A DNA stretch of 64,000 bases from an uncultured Gemmatimonadota bacterium. GTDB lineage: Bacteria > JAAXHH01. Within the stretch, counting starts at the first letter, position 1; each line of letters opens with the position of its first letter. A program made the position numbers and the translations under genes. The stretch lies in contig OX638340.1 in assembly GCA_951812955.1 (NCBI GenBank), forward strand, positions 2,912,001-2,976,000, written 5' to 3'. Of the stretch, positions 49,171 to 58,805 are shown piece by piece. The notes under the pieces are model-generated. The model ran no database searches, had not been told where the DNA came from, and was given only the letters and a program-made list of their open reading frames with translations.

Positions 49171-50664
49171 ATGTATCATCCCGTTTCCCGCGGAGCCCCC
49201 GTGAACGTCATCTGCATCTGCCTGGACACCTTTCGCGCCGACATCATCGGCCCGGGCAGGAAGTTCAGCCACGCGCACACGCCCAATCTCGACGCTTTCC
49301 ACGGCGGCAGCATCCGGTTCAACCGAGCGTATGGCGAAGGGCAGCCCACGCTGCAGGTCCGCCGCGCGCTGTTCACCGGGATGCGCAGTTTCCCCTGGCG
49401 TTACAACTTCGACCGGCGCGGACACTGGCATCATGCTCCAGGCTGGCACAAGATTCCCCCGGAGCAGGACACGATCGCCGAGGTGCTGCTGGAACGAGGG
49501 TACCTGACGGCCCTCATCGCCGACACCTATCATATGTTCAAGCCCACCATGAACTTTGCCCGGGGATTCGCGCACCTGGATTTTGTGCGGGGGCAGGAAT
49601 CGGACAACTGGAAAAGCGGTGACCCCCGGCTGGTGGAGGCGCAGCTCGCCCGGCACGTCCGGTCGCCCGTGGACATGGCCCGGCACGTGGGACTTGTGAA
49701 CTACCTGCTCAACCAGCGACACCGGAGGGAAAAGGACGACTACCAGTGCGCCCGGGTATTCAATTCGGCCTGCGAGTGGCTGGCCGACAACCATACGGCG
49801 GGGCCCTTCTTCCTGTGGGTAGACAGCTTCGATCCCCACGAGCCATGGGATCCGCCGCCGGAATATGCGGACCGGTACTGCGAGCATGACGGCCTCGATT
49901 TCATCCAGCCCGGCCCCGCTTACAGTAGAGGCGGGCCAGGCGGGGGCGGCCCGGGCGGACCATCGGAAGCGGAACTCAGGCGCATCGAGGCGCTGTACCT
50001 CGGCGAGGTCACCCTCGTGGACGAGTATGTGGGCCGGTTGCTGAACGCGGCCGCGGACCTGAACCTGCTCGATGAGACCATGGTCGTGATTCTGTCGGAC
50101 CACGGCACACAACTGCTGGACCAGGGGAAGTTCGGCAAGGGGCCTGATGAACTGCATCCCTTCAATACCCAGCTCAACCTCATGATGCGGGTACCTGGCG
50201 GGCCCGCGGACCTCGACGTGGACGCCTTCGTGCAAAACCACGACCTCATGCCCACGCTGCTCGGACGGCTCGGGATGCGGGCGGAGTGGACGGACGGGGA
50301 GGACCTGTGGCCGTTGGTCACGGGCGAAAAGGCATCGGTTCGCGACCGCGTGGTGACCGGATGGGCGGGCTTTGTCACGGGGAACGCCGTGGGCAGGGCC
50401 AGCGTCCGAGACGATCGCTGGAACTACTGCACGGCGGTGGGGTACGAGGACGAGGCTGGCGATGAACTCTTCGACCTGGAGGCTGATCCGGAAGAGCGGC
50501 GAAACGTGGCCGGTCTCCATCCAGAGATCGTCGCGGATCGCCGTACCGACGTGGAGGCCGTGATCGGCCAGCCTCTCCCCGGACAGATGGTGGAGGTGTG
50601 CGATGCGGCCCCCGGGCCCATGTCGCACTGGCTGGGACAGTTGCTGAAGAAGAGACAGGGTTGA
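49171..50664 (+). CDS. Sulfatase-like AP-superfamily hydrolase lacking canonical C/S-x-P-x-R formylglycine motif
   Basis: ICICLDTFRAD metal-binding N-terminus and SDHG. The position of CxPxR reads TLQVRRALFTG. Confidence 0.55.
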   Translation: MYHPVSRGAPVNVICICLDTFRADIIGPGRKFSHAHTPNLDAFHGGSIRFNRAYGEGQPTLQVRRALFTGMRSFPWRYNFDRRGHWHHAPGWHKIPPEQDTIAEVLLERGYLTALIADTYHMFKPTMNFARGFAHLDFVRGQESDNWKSGDPRLVEAQLARHVRSPVDMARHVGLVNYLLNQRHRREKDDYQCARVFNSACEWLADNHTAGPFFLWVDSFDPHEPWDPPPEYADRYCEHDGLDFIQPGPAYSRGGPGGGGPGGPSEAELRRIEALYLGEVTLVDEYVGRLLNAAADLNLLDETMVVILSDHGTQLLDQGKFGKGPDELHPFNTQLNLMMRVPGGPADLDVDAFVQNHDLMPTLLGRLGMRAEWTDGEDLWPLVTGEKASVRDRVVTGWAGFVTGNAVGRASVRDDRWNYCTAVGYEDEAGDELFDLEADPEERRNVAGLHPEIVADRRTDVEAVIGQPLPGQMVEVCDAAPGPMSHWLGQLLKKRQG

Positions 50665-50864
50665 ATCGTGGGTGGGCGGCGTGTAGGCGGCGTGTAAGCC
50701 GATCGCGCCCAACGCCGAAGCCATGCGCGCACCGAACCGCGCATAAACGATGGTCTGAAATAGCGGTCTGAAATAGCCATGAAGAAGAGTATGCAATCCA
50801 AACCTTTTATTGAGTTGTACAATTGTACATCTGATGTGGTCTTCATGCAACAGGAGTATTCAGC

Positions 50865-51647
50865 ATGCGGTTAGCAGGCAGGGCGGCCATCGTGACCGGC
50901 GCGGGGGACGGGATAGGGCGCGGGATCGCGCTGGCGCTTGCCCGGGAAGGCGCTTCGGTGGCGGTGTGCGACGTGAACGCCGACACGGTGACGGAGACCG
51001 GACGGCTGGTCGCCGAGACGGGACGGCCCGTCCTGGCGGAATCTCTGGACATCACCGACCACGGCGGGGTCAGGTCCTTCGTAGAGAGGGCGGCGTCCCG
51101 GATGGGGCGGATCGACATCCTGGTTAATAACGCCGCCATCATGCCCGTGTCCCCCGTCGAAGAGCAGGACGAAGCGGTGATGGCCCGCATCCTCTCCGTC
51201 AACCTGCTGGCCCCCGCCGTCTTCAGCAAGTATTGTATCCCGCACATGCGAGCCGCGGGCGGCGGATCGATCATTCACATGGCGAGTGTCACGGGCCACA
51301 ATGGGCATCCGGGGGTCGCGGTCTACGGGGCGACGAAGGGTGGACTGATCGCGCTGGCCCGGGGACAGGCCATGGAACTCGCCGTGGACAGGATCAGGGT
51401 GAATACAGTCTCTCCCGGCACGGTGGATTCCCCCATGTTGCACAACTTCGTGAATGAGAACGCCGAGGATCCGGAAGCCGCGCTCAGGGCCTTCGATCGG
51501 CTGCACCCCATCGGCCGGATTGCCACCATCGAGGAGGTCGCCAACGTCTTCGTGTTCCTGGCGAGCGACGAATCCAGCGATATCACGGCGGCGGATATCC
51601 GCTGCGACGGCGGCTACGCGGTCCAGGGCCGGCAGCCGACGGAATAA
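50865..51647 (+). CDS. SDR-family oxidoreductase
   Basis: AIVTGAGDGIGRGIA, NNAA and YGATKGG motifs. Confidence 0.75.
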   Translation: MRLAGRAAIVTGAGDGIGRGIALALAREGASVAVCDVNADTVTETGRLVAETGRPVLAESLDITDHGGVRSFVERAASRMGRIDILVNNAAIMPVSPVEEQDEAVMARILSVNLLAPAVFSKYCIPHMRAAGGGSIIHMASVTGHNGHPGVAVYGATKGGLIALARGQAMELAVDRIRVNTVSPGTVDSPMLHNFVNENAEDPEAALRAFDRLHPIGRIATIEEVANVFVFLASDESSDITAADIRCDGGYAVQGRQPTE

Positions 51648-51720
51648 CGGCAAGGAGAAGATCCGCTCATCTGCGACGGCGGCTACGCGGTCCAGGGCCG
51701 GCAGCCGACGGAATGACGGC
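51596..51720. repeat. Direct duplication of the last 50 bp of the SDR gene, including stop
   Basis: atccgctgcgacggcggctacgcggtccagggccggcagccgacggaatAacgg ... atccgctcatctgcgacggcggctacgcggtccagggccggcagccgacggaatGacggc. Confidence 0.8.
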
Positions 51721-51759
51721 TAGATTTCATCGGCCAGGAAACAGCTGCAAGGAGAACAT

Positions 51760-52743
51760 ATGTCAGTAGGAGTTTGCGCCTATTCATTCAATACGGGTCC
51801 CGACGCCTTCGAGCTCATGGACATGGCCGTCGAACACGGACTGGCCGGCGTGGAGTTCCCCCCGGACGACTGCTTGCCCGACCTGGCGCCGGCCACGCTG
51901 GAATCGGCCCGCGCCTGTGCGGAGGAACGCGGACTGTTCGTCGTGGCCGACGGCGGTCAGGTGGAGCGGGAGATGCTGGAGCGTCTCATCCCCGCGGCCT
52001 CCGGCCTCGGCGCGTCGACGTTGCGGGTGGTCATGAGCGGCGTACTCGGCGGGGACCGGCGTCCGCTGGCGGGACGGTGGAATGCCCATCTCGCGGATTG
52101 CAGGGATATTTTGCGCGAAGTCCTGCCGAAGGCGGAAGAGCATGGCGTGACCATCGCGGTGGAAAATCACTCCGACGCCACGTCCCACGACATGGCCTGG
52201 CTGTGCGAGGAATTGGACAGCCCGTACGTCGGCATTACGCTCGACGTGGGCAACGTGCTGGCGGTGTGTGAAGAACCCTTCGGGTACACGGAACGGCTGC
52301 TGCCCCATCTCCGTCATATCCACCTCAAGGACTATACGCTGCATCCTTCCAACGAGGGATTCCGCATAGCGCGATGCCCGCTGGGAGCAGGCGTGGTCGA
52401 CTATCCCGCCCTGCTGTCCCTGATCGACGGTTACCACGGCACGCGGGACCAGGGGGGCGGGATCGCGAAGACCATCGAACTGGGCGCCATATACGCCCGT
52501 CACGTGCGCATGCTCATGGCCGATTACTGGGCGGAGTATCCGGAACGGGACGTTAAAGAACTGTTGCCCTTTCTGCGGTTGTACTGGGCCCATGTTCGAC
52601 CGAAGGAAGAAGACTGGCGAACGCCCAGAGAGAAGGACGAACCGGTCGAGGTGCTGAAGGCATACGAGAATCGGCAATTCGAAGATAGCGTGTCCTATCT
52701 GAAGGAAATCGGGGCCGTCCAATCGAACTCCGTTACAACCTGA
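51760..52743 (+). CDS. Sugar phosphate isomerase/epimerase (xylose-isomerase-like TIM barrel)
   Basis: MSVGVCAYSF, AGVEF, VENH and HLKD motifs. Confidence 0.65.
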   Translation: MSVGVCAYSFNTGPDAFELMDMAVEHGLAGVEFPPDDCLPDLAPATLESARACAEERGLFVVADGGQVEREMLERLIPAASGLGASTLRVVMSGVLGGDRRPLAGRWNAHLADCRDILREVLPKAEEHGVTIAVENHSDATSHDMAWLCEELDSPYVGITLDVGNVLAVCEEPFGYTERLLPHLRHIHLKDYTLHPSNEGFRIARCPLGAGVVDYPALLSLIDGYHGTRDQGGGIAKTIELGAIYARHVRMLMADYWAEYPERDVKELLPFLRLYWAHVRPKEEDWRTPREKDEPVEVLKAYENRQFEDSVSYLKEIGAVQSNSVTT

Positions 52744-52760
52744 ACAAGGCGGGTCGGCAA

Positions 52761-53855
52761 ATGAGCTTTTCCGTTAATTCCGGTGACCACCTTGAAACGA
52801 AGGCGGTCGAAATGAAGATGGAACGCCTCGACCAGTCCGACATGCATGGTTCCATCGGTTCGATACCCGACCAGGTGGAAGCGGCCTGGGGGGATATGAC
52901 GGGGCGCGTTTTCCCCGACGCCTGCCGCGACGTGGACCACGTCGTGGTAGCCGGGATGGGTGGATCGGCCCTGGGCGCGCATCTGATAATGGACGTATTC
53001 CGCGACAGGCTGTCCGTACCGGTGACCGTGGTTTCAGATTACCAGGCGCCCGCGTGGATCGACGAACGGACACTCATCGTGTTGTCCAGTTATTCCGGGG
53101 GCACGGAGGAGGTGCTGAACATGGCGCAGCAGGGCGCGTCCCGTAACATTCCCATGATCGCGCTGACTACCGGAGGCGAACTGGCGGCGCTCGCCGAAGG
53201 AAATCGCTGGCCGGCCGTAGTGTTCGGCAGCGAACTGAATACGTGCGGGCAGCCTCGGATCGGCCTGGGTTACGCGGTGACGTACCTACTCGGGATTTTC
53301 CGGCAACTGGGCTTCGTAGACCTCGCCGCGACGGAGATTACCCGGGCCATCATGCTGCTACGTGAGACGAATCAGGATTACAGGGAACCGGGAGAGGAAA
53401 ACCCCGCCTTCGAGCTGGCGCGATCGACGCAGGGCAAAACGGTGATGATCATGGCCTCCGAGCATCTCACCGGCAATGCCCACATCATGGCCAACCAGTG
53501 GAACGAGAATGCCAAGAACATGGCGGCGTGGTTCGCCATACCCGAGCTCAACCACCATCTGCTCGAAGGGATGACCTACCCCCGGGAAAACCAAAACGGG
53601 CTCGTCGCCGTGCTGGTCCAGTCCGACCTCTACGATCCGCGCAACCGCCGCCGACACGAGATCACCCGCGCCTTGCTCGAGGAACAGGAGATCGCCTGCC
53701 CGGTCATCAAGCCACGGGGAGATACGGCCCTGGAACAGGCTTTCGACCTGCTCCTGCTCGGCACCTATGCCAGTTTCTACCAGGCGGTCTTAAACGCAAC
53801 CGATCCATCCCCCATTCCCTGGGTCGATCAGTTCAAGCGTCGCATGGCCGGCTAA
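52761..53855 (+). CDS. Bifunctional phosphoglucose/phosphomannose isomerase-family protein (SIS domain)
   Basis: VVVAGMGGSALGAHL SIS motif and overall 340-aa PGI/PMI archaeal-type layout. Confidence 0.6.
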   Translation: MSFSVNSGDHLETKAVEMKMERLDQSDMHGSIGSIPDQVEAAWGDMTGRVFPDACRDVDHVVVAGMGGSALGAHLIMDVFRDRLSVPVTVVSDYQAPAWIDERTLIVLSSYSGGTEEVLNMAQQGASRNIPMIALTTGGELAALAEGNRWPAVVFGSELNTCGQPRIGLGYAVTYLLGIFRQLGFVDLAATEITRAIMLLRETNQDYREPGEENPAFELARSTQGKTVMIMASEHLTGNAHIMANQWNENAKNMAAWFAIPELNHHLLEGMTYPRENQNGLVAVLVQSDLYDPRNRRRHEITRALLEEQEIACPVIKPRGDTALEQAFDLLLLGTYASFYQAVLNATDPSPIPWVDQFKRRMAG

Positions 53856-53914
53856 AGGCACCACCCGCCACGATGTAGATCCCTTCCGGGTCACGCATCG
53901 AAAGACGGTACGGC

Positions 53915-56900
53915 ATGAGTGAAATCGTTACATACCTTGGTGGAAAGACGCTGCTGATTACCGGCGCCACGGGATTCCTCGCGAAAGCGGTCGTGGAAAA
54001 GATCCTGCGGTGCGCGCCGGAGGTCGGCCGCGTATACCTTGTCGTCAGGCCCCGCCGCAAGAAGGACGGCACTACGCTGTCGGCGGCGGAGCGCGTGGAG
54101 GATGAAATACTCCAGTCCGCCGCTTTCGCCCGTTTGCGCGAGATGCACGGCGACCGATTCGCACCATTCATGGCGGAGAAGGTTCATGCTGTCGAGGGGG
54201 ATCTGACCCTGGACCACCTGGGATTGGAGCCGGAACTGTACCGGCTTCTTTCCGAAGAGGTCAATGTCGTAATGACCTGTGCCGCTTCCGTTACCTTCGA
54301 CGAAGAAATCGACGCCGCCCTGCAGCTGAACGCTCTGGGCGCCAGGCGGATGATGGAATTCGCCAGAACGTGCAACCGCGCCATACTCGTCCACGTATCC
54401 ACGGCCTATGTCAATGGCCAGCTCAAGGGGCGCATCCCGGAAGTTCCACCACGGCCGGACTGGTCCATGGCCCAGGAAATGGGGATCAGCGACGCGCCAT
54501 TCGACCTGGAAAAGGAAATCCGGGGTATTTTGGCGAGGGCCGAAGAAATCCATGTTGCGTCACGATCGGCTGTCCAGCAGAAACGGTTCCGTAGGTCAGC
54601 CCTTCAACAGAACGCGCGGCCCACGCAGCGCTGGCTTGACGCCCAGATGGAGACCTTCCGTAAACGCTGGCTGAAGGAACAGCTTATCGAAGAAGGGATG
54701 CGCCGGGGACAGCAGTGGGGCTGGCACGACAGCTACACCTTGACGAAGGCCATGGGCGAACAACTGATCGTCAAGCATCGGGGCGAACTGCCCACGGTCA
54801 TCATTCGTCCGTCCATCGTGGAAAGCAGTCTCGTCGAGCCGGAACCGGGATGGATAGAAGGGCTCAAGGTCGCCGACCCGCTGATCGACGCGGTGAGCAA
54901 GGGCCGCCTGCCGGATTTTCCCGGCGATAAGGACATGATCGTGGACATCATCCCGGTGGACATGGTGGTAAACTCCATGCTGGCCGCCATGGAGCACACG
55001 GTCCGGGAGGGCGGAATCAGCGTGTACCACGTGTCTACGGGCGACCGGAATCCAATCCGATTCCAACAGGCCTTCGAACTTTCCTACGAGTACTTCCTGC
55101 AGCATCCACGCCTGAACCGGAACAACGAACCCATACCCATCCGGCGCTGGACCTATCCGACCCTCGCCCAGTTCAGACGGCGGTACAACCTGCGCTACGT
55201 CTATCCACTGAACACCGCGCTCTGGGTGTTCAACCGCTTCAGCCGCATCACCTTCCTGAATAACTGGAAGCGCAGAATAACCGTGCTGAAATCGGCGATC
55301 TCCCGCATGCTCTACTACGCTTCGATCTACAGTCCCTACACGTCCCTGGAATGCACCTTCGAAACCGGTCGGACGGTCGGCCTGCACGAACGGCTCGGGC
55401 CCGATGACCGGCTGCTGTTCAACGGCGACGTATCCAGAATACAATGGAAGACCTACTTCCAGGATATTCATATTCCAGGGTTGAAGCGCCACGTGTTGAA
55501 GACCGACGAACCCAGGCCCACGGTTACAGAAGAGGAGGAGGTTGCGGAGCGGTCGGGGTTTACCCAGGCGGAGGATGACCCCCTGCCCCACCTCGACACG
55601 TTGACGGATATATTGGCCAAGAGCGCGGATATGTACGGAGACAAGACCGCGATGCAGATGGAGCGTGAGGGGGTATGGGTCCGGTATTCTTTCAAGGACG
55701 TGCACGACCTGGCCGGCCACATGGGCTGGCAATGGCGGTCCGGCGGGCTGCACCCGGGCGACCGCGTCCTGCTGTTTTCGGAAAACAAGCCCGAATGGGG
55801 GATCGCCTGTTTTGCGGGTCTGGTGGCCGGAGCGGTGATCGTGCCCGTAGACCGGCGGTCATCGGCGCAGGAAGTGTGGCGCATTGCCCGGTTCACCGGT
55901 TCGAAGGCTGTCCTGTGTTCGGAAAGCGGTTTCGAGATGCTGAAAGCCTCGGAAGCACCGGACCTGGAGGTCGCTTTCTGGAATATCGACAACTACGGCC
56001 TCCCTTTCGATGCCTCGCGGCCGTCGGCGTCGCCGGTCGCCTTGAACGAGGAACCGCCCGCCTGGGCGCCGGTTCAACCCGATGCGCCGGCCGCCATCAT
56101 GTTTACACGGGGCATGGCTGCGGAGTCGCACGGCGTGGTGCTGTCCCATCGGAATTTCGTATCGAACCTGCTGTCTCTTGCCGAGATTCTGCGCGCCTAC
56201 CGGACCGACCATTTCCTCTCTCTGCTGCCCATGAGCCAGGCCCTCGAGTTCACCGGGGGATTCCTCATGCCCTTCTACGCGGGAGCGACCATTACCTATA
56301 CCGCTTCGGTACGTCCTCGATCCCTGGTCGCCCTGATGGTTGAATCCGAAATCAACTGCCTGATCGCGGCGCCCCGGATTTTCGGACTGATGCACCGGCC
56401 GCTGCAGCGTGCGGCCCGTGAATCGGATACGGACGTGGTTTCCCGCATGCGACTGCTGGTCAGCGGCGGCGGTACGCTCGCGTCGGATCTCTACCACGCC
56501 TACCGCGATTTCGGCCTCACCATACACGAGGGATACGGGCTCACGGAAGCGGCGCCGGTCGTGGCCGTGAACCCCATGGACCGAAGCAAACCGTCCTCCG
56601 TCGGCATCGCCCTTCCGGAGGTCGACGTGCGTATCGCAAATCCCGATGAGGATGGGAAGGGAGAAATCGTCGTGCGCGGGTCGAACGTCATGCTGGGATA
56701 TTTCGAGAACCCGTCGGCGACGGAGCATCGCATCCGCGACGGCTGGCTTCACACGGGGGACATCGGTTACATCGACCGGGACGGCTACTTGTACATCGCC
56801 GACCGCATGGAGCGCAGCCGCGGATCGAAGGATGTACCGGATGGTCGTCCGGGGAACGGCAAGTCCCGCAGCGCCACCGCCTTCTTCGACGTGGACGGAA

Positions 56901-57535
56901 CCATCGTCGACGCCACGATCGTACACTACTACGCCTTTTACAGGACCTGGGGTTATTCCGTTCCGAAGCGTCTGCTTTGGACCCTGGGCTTTCTGCCGAA
57001 GGTCGTCTATTACATGGTGCTGGACAAAATCAGCAGAAGCCGTTTCAACCAGGTCTTCTACAGGCAATACCGGGGATTCGAGCGCGGCGAGTGCGTATCC
57101 CGCAGCGAACGCCTCTTCAACGAAGTCATGCGGCCGCGCATGTTCACCGGCGCCGTCGAACGCATTCGGGAGCATCAGCAAAGAGGCGAGCGCGTGGTCC
57201 TGGTCACCGGATCCCTCGATTTTATCGTGGAACCCCTCGCGGAGTACACCAAGGCCGACGATCTCATCGCCCTGTCCATGAAGGAGGAGAACGGCCGGCT
57301 GACGGGAGAGCCGGAAGGGCCGCCGATCGGCGACGAGGAGAAGGCCCGTATCGTCCGGGATTACGCCGAACGGCGCGGCATCGACCTGGACCGAAGTTAC
57401 GCCTATGCCGACAGCAGATCGGACCGGCCCATGCTGGACCTGGTGGGACACGCCGTCGTGGTGAACCCGGGCGGGAAACTCAGAAAGGCTGCGGAAGCCG
57501 GCGGCTGGGAAGTCGTTAGCTGGACCCACGTATGA
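53915..57535 (+). CDS. Tri-domain fusion: fatty acyl-CoA/ACP reductase (FAR, NAD_binding_4 + sterile domain) - degenerate AMP-binding (adenylation N-lobe) - HAD-IB phosphatase
   Basis: LLITGATGFLAKAVVEKIL and YTLTK (FAR). The second domain has YGLTE and GEIVVRGSNVMLGYF...TGDIGYIDRDGYLYIADR, but its P-loop reads FTRGMAAESHG instead of (S/T)SGTTGxPKG and it stops after ADR. The third domain has FFDVDGT and VTGS...D...ADS motifs. Confidence 0.65.
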   Translation: MSEIVTYLGGKTLLITGATGFLAKAVVEKILRCAPEVGRVYLVVRPRRKKDGTTLSAAERVEDEILQSAAFARLREMHGDRFAPFMAEKVHAVEGDLTLDHLGLEPELYRLLSEEVNVVMTCAASVTFDEEIDAALQLNALGARRMMEFARTCNRAILVHVSTAYVNGQLKGRIPEVPPRPDWSMAQEMGISDAPFDLEKEIRGILARAEEIHVASRSAVQQKRFRRSALQQNARPTQRWLDAQMETFRKRWLKEQLIEEGMRRGQQWGWHDSYTLTKAMGEQLIVKHRGELPTVIIRPSIVESSLVEPEPGWIEGLKVADPLIDAVSKGRLPDFPGDKDMIVDIIPVDMVVNSMLAAMEHTVREGGISVYHVSTGDRNPIRFQQAFELSYEYFLQHPRLNRNNEPIPIRRWTYPTLAQFRRRYNLRYVYPLNTALWVFNRFSRITFLNNWKRRITVLKSAISRMLYYASIYSPYTSLECTFETGRTVGLHERLGPDDRLLFNGDVSRIQWKTYFQDIHIPGLKRHVLKTDEPRPTVTEEEEVAERSGFTQAEDDPLPHLDTLTDILAKSADMYGDKTAMQMEREGVWVRYSFKDVHDLAGHMGWQWRSGGLHPGDRVLLFSENKPEWGIACFAGLVAGAVIVPVDRRSSAQEVWRIARFTGSKAVLCSESGFEMLKASEAPDLEVAFWNIDNYGLPFDASRPSASPVALNEEPPAWAPVQPDAPAAIMFTRGMAAESHGVVLSHRNFVSNLLSLAEILRAYRTDHFLSLLPMSQALEFTGGFLMPFYAGATITYTASVRPRSLVALMVESEINCLIAAPRIFGLMHRPLQRAARESDTDVVSRMRLLVSGGGTLASDLYHAYRDFGLTIHEGYGLTEAAPVVAVNPMDRSKPSSVGIALPEVDVRIANPDEDGKGEIVVRGSNVMLGYFENPSATEHRIRDGWLHTGDIGYIDRDGYLYIADRMERSRGSKDVPDGRPGNGKSRSATAFFDVDGTIVDATIVHYYAFYRTWGYSVPKRLLWTLGFLPKVVYYMVLDKISRSRFNQVFYRQYRGFERGECVSRSERLFNEVMRPRMFTGAVERIREHQQRGERVVLVTGSLDFIVEPLAEYTKADDLIALSMKEENGRLTGEPEGPPIGDEEKARIVRDYAERRGIDLDRSYAYADSRSDRPMLDLVGHAVVVNPGGKLRKAAEAGGWEVVSWTHV

Positions 57536-58767
57536 AAGCGGTTCAATACATCAAAAGCGTACCCAGGTACCTGTTCGTACGGACGATCGGCCATCGCAGC
57601 CCCGTTTTGGCGACCGGCGCCCTGTCGTGCATACGCATGGTAGACGTCGATCCCCCGGTGCTTCCGACTCCGGCATGGGTGCGCATCAGACCGCGCTTGA
57701 CCGGCATATGCGGATCAGACCTCTCCACCATCAAGGCCGGCGGAAGCCCTTACTTTTCCCCCCTGATATCCTCGCCTTTTGTCCTTGGACACGAAGTGGT
57801 GGGCGAGGTCCTGGAGACCGGTCCCGAATCAGGGGGCGTGTCCCGGGGGGACCGCGTGGCCATCGAACCCGGTCTGTGCTGCCCTGTTCGGGGCATCGAC
57901 CCGCCGTGCCCGTCGTGCCGGGAGGGAGATTTCGGCCTGTGTGAGATGGTTATGCACGGCGATATTTCCCCTGGCATTCAGACGGGGTATTGCAGGGACA
58001 CGGGCGGCGGATGGAGCACATCCCTGGTCGCACACCCCTTCCAGGTCCATCCGGTGCCCGAGCGGCTGACCGATGAGGAAGCGGTCCTGATAGAACCATT
58101 CAGCTGTTGCCTGCACGCCGTGATGAAATCCTTTCCCTCCGATGATGAGACGGTGCTCGTAATCGGGTGCGGTGCGATCGGGTTGCTTACTATCGCATCC
58201 ATACGGGCCCTGGGAGCCAAATGCCGGATTCTCGCCGCCGCCCGTTATGGCCATCAGGAGACCCTGGCGGCTGAACTGGGCGCCGACCGGGTCATCGGCC
58301 GGGGCGACGGCCTATACGAAAGCTTGAGCGAGGTGACCGGGGCGGAAATCCATCGTCCGGAGATCGGGCGGCCCGTATTCATCGGCGGCGCAAACCGGAC
58401 CTTCGATTGTGTCGGTTCCTCCCGCTCCATCGACGACGCCCTTCGACTGACCGGATCCGGTGGATGCGTCACCGTCGTAGGCATGCCGGGTATACCTTCC
58501 GGCATCGACTGGACAGCCGTCTGGTACAAGGAATTGAAAGTCCAGGGCGCGTATGCGTACGGGACGGAAAAATATGAAAACCGATCCGTGCGGACCTTCG
58601 ACCTTGCCATGCGGTTGCTGGAGGAGGGCAAGGTCGATCTGAAACCCCTGTTAACGGACCTTTATCCTCTGAAGGACTACCGGAAGGCGATCGGCCGGGC
58701 GCTGAAAGCCGGAAGCCAGGGCGCGGTCAAGGTGGCCTTCGACCTGCGAGACGAACCGGCGCGGTAG
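57532..58767 (+). CDS. Zinc-dependent medium-chain alcohol dehydrogenase
   Basis: GICGSDL, GHE, CPSCREGDFGLC structural-zinc motif, GCGAIG. ATGA-coupled to the upstream gene. Confidence 0.7.
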   Translation: MKAVQYIKSVPRYLFVRTIGHRSPVLATGALSCIRMVDVDPPVLPTPAWVRIRPRLTGICGSDLSTIKAGGSPYFSPLISSPFVLGHEVVGEVLETGPESGGVSRGDRVAIEPGLCCPVRGIDPPCPSCREGDFGLCEMVMHGDISPGIQTGYCRDTGGGWSTSLVAHPFQVHPVPERLTDEEAVLIEPFSCCLHAVMKSFPSDDETVLVIGCGAIGLLTIASIRALGAKCRILAAARYGHQETLAAELGADRVIGRGDGLYESLSEVTGAEIHRPEIGRPVFIGGANRTFDCVGSSRSIDDALRLTGSGGCVTVVGMPGIPSGIDWTAVWYKELKVQGAYAYGTEKYENRSVRTFDLAMRLLEEGKVDLKPLLTDLYPLKDYRKAIGRALKAGSQGAVKVAFDLRDEPAR

Positions 58768-58805
58768 CCCGGATTCATTGAGAAAACGCAAAACGGAGTT
58801 CCCCC

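Noticed and set aside
49171-50664. Calling this gene an arylsulfatase
   Set aside because: The formylglycine target motif C/S-x-P-x-R is absent (TLQVRRALFTG), so only AP-superfamily membership is claimed.
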